From contig JAUWBY010000001.1 of NCBI GenBank assembly GCA_030609605.1, positions 1-41,621 on the forward strand: DNA of 41,621 nucleotides, given 5' to 3'. The notes beneath the pieces were generated by a model. It worked only from the letters and a program-made list of their open reading frames with translations. It had not been told where the DNA came from and made no database searches. Of the stretch, positions 34,798-41,621 are shown in pieces. Source of the DNA: Candidatus Eiseniibacteriota bacterium. Lineage in GTDB: Bacteria; Joyebacterota; Joyebacteria; Joyebacterales; Joyebacteraceae. Both the position numbers and the translations under genes were made by a program. How positions within the stretch are numbered: position 1 is the stretch's first letter; the number at the start of each line of letters is the position of its first letter.

Positions 34798-34942
34798 AGG
34801 TTACCTCCCTGTGGTTTCTGAGGAGTAGCTTTATGCTGCTACAGCATTTTCCGTCGCCGTAGGGTGTGCGTCGGCATGCCCCGCCGGCGGCGGGTTGACG
34901 CTACATGGGGGGGTCCAGTACATATTTCACGAGTCCAACTAA

Positions 34943-34972
34943 ATTTTAGCGCTTGCGCGGCTCTGATGTCAA
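34943..34972 (-). promoter_or_regulatory. Candidate sigma70-type promoter for the 34797 gene and the activator transcription unit
   Basis: Minus strand reads TTGACA (34972-34967), 18-nt spacer, TAAAAT (34948-34943), in an AT-rich patch about 145 nt upstream of ATG 34797. Confidence 0.35.
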
Positions 34973-35037
34973 CTAGAATCCTGTGTTTGGCCAAACCAAT
35001 TCAGGACTGTAGCCTTGTAGAGGCCTTGCCGCGTTGT

Positions 35038-35448
35038 TCAGAGCAGGAAATCCTCCAGCTCGTCCTGTTCCGTTCCCGAAGGAGGCTCGGTGGAGGGACG
35101 CGAAGCCTCCTCAGGATGCCCGCGTGTTGTAGCAGGATGTCCGGGTGCGACGACGGGTTCCTCCTCGTGCGCCTCCCCCGACCACCTCGCCAGGAGATCC
35201 AGCAGCTCCCGCACACACGCATCCGGTGTGGCCCAGTCCGCCTGGTACCAGATCCAGCGCCCCTCCCTCTCCTCGACAGCGAGCCCAGCATCCTTCAGCT
35301 TCCGGAGGTGATAGGAGACCTGCGGCTGCGTGAGTGCCAGCTCGACGACGATCTGCGAGACGTTCTTCCGCGCCCCGATGATTGCGAAGAGGACGCGTGA
35401 CCTCGTCGCGTCTCCCAGCTCACATATGATGTCGGCAAGTCGTGTCAT
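35038..35448 (-). CDS. ArsR/SmtB-family HTH transcriptional regulator with an acidic/Pro-rich C-terminal extension
   Basis: Winged-helix core: LGDATRSRVLFAI.......VSQIVVELALTQPQVSYHLRKLKDAGL. Start set at ATG 35448; the ORF is open to 35496. Confidence 0.75.
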   Translation of the reverse strand: MTRLADIICELGDATRSRVLFAIIGARKNVSQIVVELALTQPQVSYHLRKLKDAGLAVEEREGRWIWYQADWATPDACVRELLDLLARWSGEAHEEEPVVAPGHPATTRGHPEEASRPSTEPPSGTEQDELEDFLL

Positions 35449-35710
35449 GCGGTCCCTCGCGCAGATAGGCGCCCTTTTCTCATACCGCCGCGACAAGAGC
35501 TAACATCAGAGTGCACCGGCAGTCAAGCCCCACGGCTGCTTCCGGCGTCATACAGGAACGCCTTTCGCGCGAGAACGTACCCCCGGCCTGGCGCGGCTTT
35601 CAGAAACACGCATCGGGGTGTATGATAGAGGTGAGTCCGAAGACCAGTGCTGGACGACTTGGGCAATACGCGTCCACTGCGCAGTGAGACACACCCACAA
35701 GGATCTGGTA

Positions 35711-36754
35711 GTGAAGGACCATATTCCCGACCTCAAGGGCATGCTCCTGTCGGAACTCGAAGAGCTGATAGCCGAACTGGGGCAGCCGCGCTATCGCGCC
35801 GATCAGATGGCCGGGTGGCTCTTCTCCAAGGGCGTCCAGGACGTCTCCGAGATGAAAAACCTCCCGAATGAGTTGAAGGCCGCCCTCGATTCCAAGGCGA
35901 CCACGGCTCGGTCCAAGGTCGTCCGTGCGGAGCGGTCGGCCATCGACGACACCGAGAAGCTTCTGCTCGAGTACCCGGATGGTGCACGGATCGAGGCGGT
36001 CATTCTGACCGATGACGAACGGCACACCGGCTGCATCTCGACCCAGGTCGGTTGTCGTTTCGGGTGCCGCTTCTGCGCAACGGGCGCGATGGGGTTCAAG
36101 CGCAACCTCACTCCCGGCGAGATAGTCGAGCAGATCCTCCAGCTGCAGCGGCGCCTGTCGCCTGTCAGACTCAACAATCTGGTCTTCATGGGAATGGGCG
36201 AGCCACTCGACAATTACATTGCTCTCATGAGGGCGATTCGGATCGCCAACGCACCGTGGGGACTCGCGATCGGAGCACGCCGGATGACGGTCTCGACGGT
36301 CGGGATCGTCCCTGGCATCAGACAGCTCGCCGGTGAGGGTCTCCAGATCAATCTGGCGATCTCACTCAATGCTCCTACTCAGAAGCTCCGTGCGCATCTC
36401 ATGCCGATTGCCAAGCGGTATCCCCTTGGCGAGCTGCTGGACGCCCTCAAGTACTTCACGAAGACAGTCGGGAGGCTGATAACGATCGAGTACGTCCTGT
36501 TGAAGGGCGTCAACGATTCATTGGAAATGGCCACCATGCTAGGCAGGATCGCGGAAGACCTGCTGGCCAAAGTCAACCTCATCGGCTACAATGAAGTTGA
36601 GGGCGTGGCGTACGCGCCCCCCGATGATGAGTCATTCGCCCGCTTCGCCGCGCGCCTCAAGCAGCAGTGCCCCACGGTTGTCCAGAGAGTGAGCCGTGGG
36701 GGCGACATTGCTGCGGGCTGCGGGCAATTGTGTGTGCTTCCGGACGTCAAATGA
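35711..36754 (+). CDS. rlmN: 23S rRNA/tRNA (adenine-C2)-methyltransferase RlmN (radical SAM)
   Basis: YRADQ...WLF N-terminus, CRFGCRFCATG (CX3CX2C), NLVFMGMGEPLDN, MTVSTVG, LAISLNA, IEYVLLKGVNDS, NLIGYN, and conserved Cys in GGDIAAGCGQL. Start set at GTG 35711 (AAGGA 7 nt upstream); ATG 35741 is an alternative. Confidence 0.85.
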   Translation: MKDHIPDLKGMLLSELEELIAELGQPRYRADQMAGWLFSKGVQDVSEMKNLPNELKAALDSKATTARSKVVRAERSAIDDTEKLLLEYPDGARIEAVILTDDERHTGCISTQVGCRFGCRFCATGAMGFKRNLTPGEIVEQILQLQRRLSPVRLNNLVFMGMGEPLDNYIALMRAIRIANAPWGLAIGARRMTVSTVGIVPGIRQLAGEGLQINLAISLNAPTQKLRAHLMPIAKRYPLGELLDALKYFTKTVGRLITIEYVLLKGVNDSLEMATMLGRIAEDLLAKVNLIGYNEVEGVAYAPPDDESFARFAARLKQQCPTVVQRVSRGGDIAAGCGQLCVLPDVK

Positions 36755-37524
36755 GAAGACTCGAAGTGATCATACTGGCGACTGTTCTGCTCGCTGCAAC
36801 CGCAGCGGGAGCGACTGCGCCTGTGACAACGGGGCTCCAGAGTCTCATTGCCCAAGTCGAAGAAGTGATCCCTGCGACGTGGCGTGTGGTCGAAGTCGAC
36901 ACGGCCAGGGTTCCGATCGGCTGGTCCGGGCAGGGTAACGGCCTCTATGTCATGGTTGAGGACACATCAACGCGCTTCTATCACCCTGACGGATTCCACT
37001 ACTACTCCTTCTACCGGATCTGGCTGATGCCTCCCGACTGGGAGGGAGAGATGAGGCTTACTCCATACATCTCTGACAGTCTCCCAGCCTATCTGCTGGG
37101 AATGAACGATGACTGCGCGGCCTTCTATCACACAGCCGGAGGGAATATGTGGGAGCGGGGACCGCGCGCGCTCTGCGACGCGCTTGACCTCAACAGGATC
37201 TGTCTCACTGGTCTCTCCCGTCGAGTCGTCGATCTTGAGTTCGATCAGCAACTGCGGACGCGCCTTAAGATCTTCGAGGAGGAAACAGGTTCGAGTCCCG
37301 CCCTGAGCCCTCAGCGCATCATAGGCCTCGCAGGTGACGGACCGAATCTCTACATGGAGTACCTTTTCGCGGAAGAGGTGGACATGGAGGAAGAGAGTGG
37401 TCTGGCATCGCTGACTCAGCGTCTCGCCGGCGATATCTTCCTCACGTTCCCGGAGATCGAGTCCCTTTACGTTCGTCGTTGCAGCAACGACGCCTTCACT
37501 GATACTATTGTGATTCGTAATTAG
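36751..37524 (+). CDS. Hypothetical secreted protein
   Basis: ATG at 36751 overlaps the rlmN stop (ATGA). Signal peptide MRRLEVIILATVLLAATAAGATA. No family recognised. Confidence 0.5.
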   Translation: MRRLEVIILATVLLAATAAGATAPVTTGLQSLIAQVEEVIPATWRVVEVDTARVPIGWSGQGNGLYVMVEDTSTRFYHPDGFHYYSFYRIWLMPPDWEGEMRLTPYISDSLPAYLLGMNDDCAAFYHTAGGNMWERGPRALCDALDLNRICLTGLSRRVVDLEFDQQLRTRLKIFEEETGSSPALSPQRIIGLAGDGPNLYMEYLFAEEVDMEEESGLASLTQRLAGDIFLTFPEIESLYVRRCSNDAFTDTIVIRN

Positions 37525-37642
37525 TGAAACCGCCTCCATGCGAATGCTGTCCTATTGGCAGGATGCATCATCCGCTCATCGATGATGCGCTCTCCAGGTT
37601 TCTGAGTCGGCTGTCCACGAGTGTGCCCCCACAGGATGTACC

Positions 37643-38848
37643 ATGCTGCGTTTCACAGTGATTCCATTGATAGTATGCCTGCTTGCTCTCACCGCACCTC
37701 AGCCCACTGCGGGAGCGGAATCCGACAGTGACGACGCCTTCATATCAGCGACCGCGGCGGAGTTTCTTGGATGGAACGATGGTGAGGGATTCCGCCCGAG
37801 AGTCGATATCTACTACAACAGGGTGGACGGCCTGCTCTTCTATATGGGAATGGAGTACAAACGCTATGCGAGCATGCACCCGCGGCTGGTAGCGCGTGTA
37901 GGCTGGCCATCGGCCACAGCGGGCAGCTACTACTCCATTCTGGTCGAGCAGCCCCTCTTCTCTCCCGATTCGTTCTCACTAGGTGTGTCATTCTACGATC
38001 GGACAGCTTGGAGCCGCGAGGATGCGGAGATGATTACCGATGTTGAGAACAACCTCTTGGCCCTCCTTTCCCGCCAGGAGTTCCGCAACTACTTCCAGCG
38101 TGAGGGCTTCACGATCTTCGCCGAGCACGAGTTCGCTCCCAGGAAATCGATCCGCATAGAGTACGCAAACGATGAGCTGTCCTCGCTCACAACCAGTCAG
38201 CACATCTGGAGCGCCTTCCGCACAAAGGCCGACTGGGCGGAGAACCCACCTCTCGAACGCGGCATTCTGGATGGCGCGGAGGAGTATGAAGGCGTACTCA
38301 AGAGCGTCACGGGCACGATCGTGTACGATGACCACGATCCGGTCGAGAGCACCGGCTGGGAAATCGTGATTCTTGCCGAATACGCCGGCGCCGTGACCGG
38401 CGGGGACTACGACTACCGCAAGACGTTCCTTGAAACTCGGCGCTACTTCCGGCTCTCTCCCACCCAGACTCTGAAACTGAGAGCATCCTGGGGAATCGCA
38501 AACGGAACCGACTTCCCGTCGCACAAGCGCTTTCACCTTGGCGGCATAGGCAATCTGAGAGGTTACGATTACAACGAGTTCGTGGGAAAGCGCATGTTCT
38601 TCGCATCCCTGGACTACGGCGTTCACGTGACTGATGATCTTGAGATCATCTACTTCGCCGATGCCGGCCGTGCCTGGTTCGGCACGGCGCCTGTCGATTA
38701 CGATTCCGACGAGATGAACTACGACATCGGTATCGGTGTCAGGCTGGATGCGACCGGCGCCGGCAACATAAGAATAGATGTGGCAAGACCGGCCACCACT
38801 GAGGATGCCGACATCAAGGTCATCCTCCGTCTGGACACGGTCTTCTAG
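37643..38848 (+). CDS. Omp85/BamA-TamA-like outer-membrane barrel (bacterial surface antigen domain) without obvious POTRA repeats
   Basis: Signal peptide, FHLGGIGNLRGYDYNEF (surface-antigen motif) and a terminal ...LRLDTVF beta-signal ending in Phe. Confidence 0.65.
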   Translation: MLRFTVIPLIVCLLALTAPQPTAGAESDSDDAFISATAAEFLGWNDGEGFRPRVDIYYNRVDGLLFYMGMEYKRYASMHPRLVARVGWPSATAGSYYSILVEQPLFSPDSFSLGVSFYDRTAWSREDAEMITDVENNLLALLSRQEFRNYFQREGFTIFAEHEFAPRKSIRIEYANDELSSLTTSQHIWSAFRTKADWAENPPLERGILDGAEEYEGVLKSVTGTIVYDDHDPVESTGWEIVILAEYAGAVTGGDYDYRKTFLETRRYFRLSPTQTLKLRASWGIANGTDFPSHKRFHLGGIGNLRGYDYNEFVGKRMFFASLDYGVHVTDDLEIIYFADAGRAWFGTAPVDYDSDEMNYDIGIGVRLDATGAGNIRIDVARPATTEDADIKVILRLDTVF

Positions 38849-38943
38849 CGCGGAAGCGCGTGCGGCTGGGGGGAAGATACATCGCACGCGGCAACCCGCA
38901 TTCAACTCAAGGCCATGCGCGGCGACGATTCATGGAGGCAGCG

Positions 38944-41427
38944 ATGCGTTCTCTGCTGGTCGTACTGCTTGTTGTTCTGTTCTCTGTCACGGCATCGGCG
39001 ACACTACTGTCGGACAGCTGGTTGAGGGGCGCGAGTTCGGTCGCCCTGAACGATGATGCCACTGCCATCTTCGTGAACCCGGCAGGTCTCGGGATGTATG
39101 ACGAGTCAGGGTACTACTCGTCGTGCACAATGGTCGGCGAGGAGTTCTCTGACTACAGACTCGCCCTGAAGGGGCCGGGCATTGGCTTCGGATACTCGCG
39201 AAGCCAGATGTGGGAGCCGACCGCAGATGGAGACGGCTCGGCCTTGCTTCCGGGCGACAATACCTTCGATACATTCGTCGTAGGGATGGCGCTCGGAGGC
39301 TTCCGCAAGTTCGCGATCGGATTCGACTACCGCTGGTTCCGTCCCGACTTCGGCGACGCGCTCAAGACGGGTACCTGGGATGTCGGCATCATGTATCGTC
39401 CCGTCGATTTCCTCTCCCTGGGCGGCACGGTCACCAACCTCTCCGAGCCTGAGATCTTCGGCGAGGTCGCGGCTCCCATCACATACACCGCAGGGCTGGC
39501 CGTCCGACCGATAGGCAACCGCCTGACTCTCATGGCCGACGCAAGTGTCGCTGACGGGCAGGATATCGAGGATGCCCTCTACACAGCGGGACTCGAGGCC
39601 GAGTTCATTGATGGTGTCGTGCTCAGGGGTTCTGTTCAGTCGTTCTCAGACGGTGACAGCCGTGAGCAGGAGACCAGCTTCGGTCTCTGGTTCAATACGA
39701 CTCACTTCGGCGGCGGCGCCTCAACGAGAAGCCAGAAGGAGGCGTCCGAGACCATCTACACGGTCGAGATAGGAAACTCCTACCAACGGCTTCGCACGAT
39801 CCTGAAGCCGGGAGAACAGGTGGCCGAGATCGAGATCTCCGGGGCGCTCAACGACTACGGGTCGCGCTGGAGCTTTTTCGGCAAGCCGCGCGGAGGGGTC
39901 CAGCAGCTGATACGCGACATACGGAGAGCTGCGGAGGACTCATCAGTCGAGTGCGTTCTTCTCAATATCAAACCGCTCAGCTCGGGGTTCATGGGCGGAC
40001 CGAGCGCGCTCGTCCAGGAGCTCCGGGACGCAATCGTTTCGGCCGGCGAGAAGCACGGTACACGCTTCGTGGCGTTCCTCGAGCACGGCGCCGGCACGCC
40101 GGAGTACTACCTGGCCTCGGCGGCCGACGTGATAGTCATGCCAAGAGTCGCGGGTATCGACGGGCTGGGGCAGTACGTCAACATCATGCGCTACACGGGA
40201 ACCACAGAGAAGCTCGGCATTGAATGGGACTACATCTCGGCCGGGAAGTACAAGAGCACCTTCCACTCTATAGGTGCGGGTCCTCTGACCGATGTGCAGC
40301 GCGAGGAAGTCCAGTCGATGATCGACGACAACTTCCGGGAGACGGTGACCGCGATGGCCGACGGGCGCGGCATGACCTACGATGAGATGGAGGCGCTCGC
40401 CGACGGGCGCCCCTACACCCCGCCGGACGCCCTGACTGCGGGCCTCATCGATGTCCTCGGCTTCTACGCCGATGCGAAGGCGGCCGCGCTCGAACTCGCC
40501 GGTGGCGACGTGCCGGATGAGCCGGAGGGGATATCGACCGTAGACGTCTCGGGCTGGACGAAGAAGGCCTACGACTGGAACTACGGGCCGAAGGTCGCGA
40601 TCATAGGAGCGTACGGCGGAATCGGTGTCGGTGAGAGTGGTAATGATCCGATCTGGGGCGGCGAGTCGATAGGCTCGGAGACGCTGGTGAAGCAGCTCCG
40701 CCGGGCGCGCAAGGACGATTCGATCGAAGCGGTCGTGCTCCGCGTCGACAGCGGTGGCGGAAGCGCGCTCGCATCAGACATCATCTGGGCCGAGACAAAG
40801 AAGCTAGCGGAGAAGAAACCATTCATCGTCTCGATGGGCGATATCGCGGGCTCCGGCGGCTACTACATCGCCTGTGCGGCAGAGAGGATCTTCGCCGATC
40901 CCCTCACGATCACGGGCAGCATAGGTGTCATGATGATGAAACCGTCATTCGCCGGACTCTACGGCAAGATCGACGCGACACACGAGACTTTCAAGAGCAG
41001 CGAGTTCGCCGACGTCCTGTCTACGACGCGCACGTTCACAGATGAGGAGAGCGAGGTCGCCAACGAGTACATCCAGTGGATGTACGAGGAGTTCCTGGAC
41101 AGGATCGTCGAGGGACGCGAGATGGACAAGGAGGAGCTCCGCGAGATCGCCGAGGGACGCGTCTACACCGGCAACCAGGCGCTCGAGCTCAAGCTCATCG
41201 ACGAACTTGGCGGGCTGACCGATGCTATCGCCTACGCATGTGAGTCGGTCGGCACTACCACGGAGGATGCGACCCTGGTTCTCTACCGGACCCCAAAGGA
41301 CTTCATGGACCTCATCATGGAAGGTGTCTCAGTCAAGCTCGGACTCTGGCGGCTGCTTGACATAGGCGGAGGCGGCTTGACTGACATGGTGCAGTTCAGG
41401 ATGGCTACCGGGGAGTTCGTGGAATAG
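38944..41427 (+). CDS. sppA: Signal peptide peptidase SppA (tandem S49 domains, 67K type) fused to a ~300-aa N-terminal beta-barrel-like domain
   Basis: ATG at 38944 (GGAGG 5 nt upstream) followed by a signal peptide. The first ~300 aa are beta-strand-rich and include AIFVNPAGLG. Two S49 domains follow; the second has VLRVDSGGGSALAS and GDIAGSGGYYIA (catalytic Ser context), and the first has SAGKYKS (Lys context). Confidence 0.8.
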   Translation: MRSLLVVLLVVLFSVTASATLLSDSWLRGASSVALNDDATAIFVNPAGLGMYDESGYYSSCTMVGEEFSDYRLALKGPGIGFGYSRSQMWEPTADGDGSALLPGDNTFDTFVVGMALGGFRKFAIGFDYRWFRPDFGDALKTGTWDVGIMYRPVDFLSLGGTVTNLSEPEIFGEVAAPITYTAGLAVRPIGNRLTLMADASVADGQDIEDALYTAGLEAEFIDGVVLRGSVQSFSDGDSREQETSFGLWFNTTHFGGGASTRSQKEASETIYTVEIGNSYQRLRTILKPGEQVAEIEISGALNDYGSRWSFFGKPRGGVQQLIRDIRRAAEDSSVECVLLNIKPLSSGFMGGPSALVQELRDAIVSAGEKHGTRFVAFLEHGAGTPEYYLASAADVIVMPRVAGIDGLGQYVNIMRYTGTTEKLGIEWDYISAGKYKSTFHSIGAGPLTDVQREEVQSMIDDNFRETVTAMADGRGMTYDEMEALADGRPYTPPDALTAGLIDVLGFYADAKAAALELAGGDVPDEPEGISTVDVSGWTKKAYDWNYGPKVAIIGAYGGIGVGESGNDPIWGGESIGSETLVKQLRRARKDDSIEAVVLRVDSGGGSALASDIIWAETKKLAEKKPFIVSMGDIAGSGGYYIACAAERIFADPLTITGSIGVMMMKPSFAGLYGKIDATHETFKSSEFADVLSTTRTFTDEESEVANEYIQWMYEEFLDRIVEGREMDKEELREIAEGRVYTGNQALELKLIDELGGLTDAIAYACESVGTTTEDATLVLYRTPKDFMDLIMEGVSVKLGLWRLLDIGGGGLTDMVQFRMATGEFVE

Positions 41428-41448
41428 CTGCGGGGATCGACTCCCGAT

Positions 41449-41543
41449 CGTCGGCGGGTGCCGACCTCGTCGGTGGGTGCCGACCCCGTCGGCGGGTGCC
41501 GACCCCGTCGGCGGGTGCCGACCTCGTCGGTGGGTGCCGACCC
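41449..41543. repeat. Five tandem 19-bp units, each an internal palindrome, followed by a degenerate G/C-rich continuation
   Basis: CGTCGG(C/T)GGGTGCCGACC(T/C) at 41449-41467, 41468-41486, 41487-41505, 41506-41524 and 41525-41543. Each unit contains GTCGGC/T-GGGT-GCCGAC (6-bp stem, 4-nt loop). The array starts 22 nt after the sppA stop. Confidence 0.9.
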
Positions 41544-41621
41544 CGGCGGCGGGTGGCGCCCGCGGCGGCGGGGGGCGGCCCCGGCGGCCCCCCAGCCAAG
41601 AAAAGGAAAAACTCCACCCCC

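Noticed and set aside
37288-37298. GGTTCGAGTCC, a tRNA T-loop-like string
   Set aside because: The flanks cannot form a T-stem or acceptor stem, and the string lies inside a well-framed CDS.
37988-38905. 305-aa minus-strand ORF
   Set aside because: It is antisense to the Omp85-like gene, which has a signal peptide, the surface-antigen motif and a C-terminal Phe.
41449-41543. Possible CRISPR array
   Set aside because: The units are directly adjacent with no spacers and are only 19 bp long. No cas genes are in the window.
41405-41617. 70-aa minus-strand ORF
   Set aside because: It consists almost entirely of the 19-bp tandem repeat read through. The 19-bp periodicity is incompatible with selection on a reading frame.
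1-41621. Mobile elements, integrases, toxin-antitoxin pairs, phage genes, rRNA/tRNA
   Set aside because: None were recognised on either strand. The RiPP-like operon shows no flanking repeats or integrase that would mark it as an island, although the 30.6-31.1 kb region has lower GC.

Overview
GC-rich window with strong GC3 bias, from a diderm bacterium. LpxH, Omp85-like, PorV-like and other outer-membrane barrel genes are present, which suggests an uncultivated FCB-like or candidate-phylum lineage. All calls come from motif recognition in the supplied translations and from reading the DNA; no database search was run. Coding is dense, and nearly everything from 7.8 to 35.5 kb lies on the minus strand. 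I saw no rRNA or tRNA genes, CRISPR arrays, transposases or integrases.

Housekeeping and envelope genes:
- Envelope and lipid A: partial HtrA/DegP, LpxH, CPBP protease.
- Proteases and stress: YjbQ, LemA plus HtpX, PmbA/TldD, OsmC.
- Nucleic-acid repair and modification: PolX, RtcB plus archease, RlmN.
- Other: DUF2207 protein, NCS2 purine permease, ArsR regulator, SppA.

Main finding: a compact minus-strand operon at 24252-30116 that looks like an undescribed RiPP system. It encodes, in order:
- an 837-aa fusion of a polyprenyl-synthase-like domain (two Asp-rich motifs), an RRE-like segment and a radical SAM/SPASM maturase;
- two paralogous ~55-aa peptides whose cores are built from five Cys-X2-4-Asp units, a pattern reminiscent of freyrasin-type ranthipeptide substrates;
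- a secreted FG-GAP propeller protein;
- an ABC-2 exporter (ATPase plus permease).

Upstream of the operon lies an unusual 1.18-kb non-coding region with sigma54-type promoter motifs, three strong hairpins and direct repeats. Upstream of that is a 1032-aa TPR-containing sigma54 activator with its own terminator.

Immediately downstream of the operon is a ZraSR/ZraP-like module: histidine kinase, sigma54-dependent response regulator, then a Spy/CpxP-family protein behind a perfect -24/-12 promoter.

Other oddities:
- SppA carries a ~300-aa beta-barrel-like N-terminal domain.
- There are three tandem repeats: 19-bp palindromic units at the right edge, 29-bp units in an intergenic gap, and a 15-bp coding repeat.
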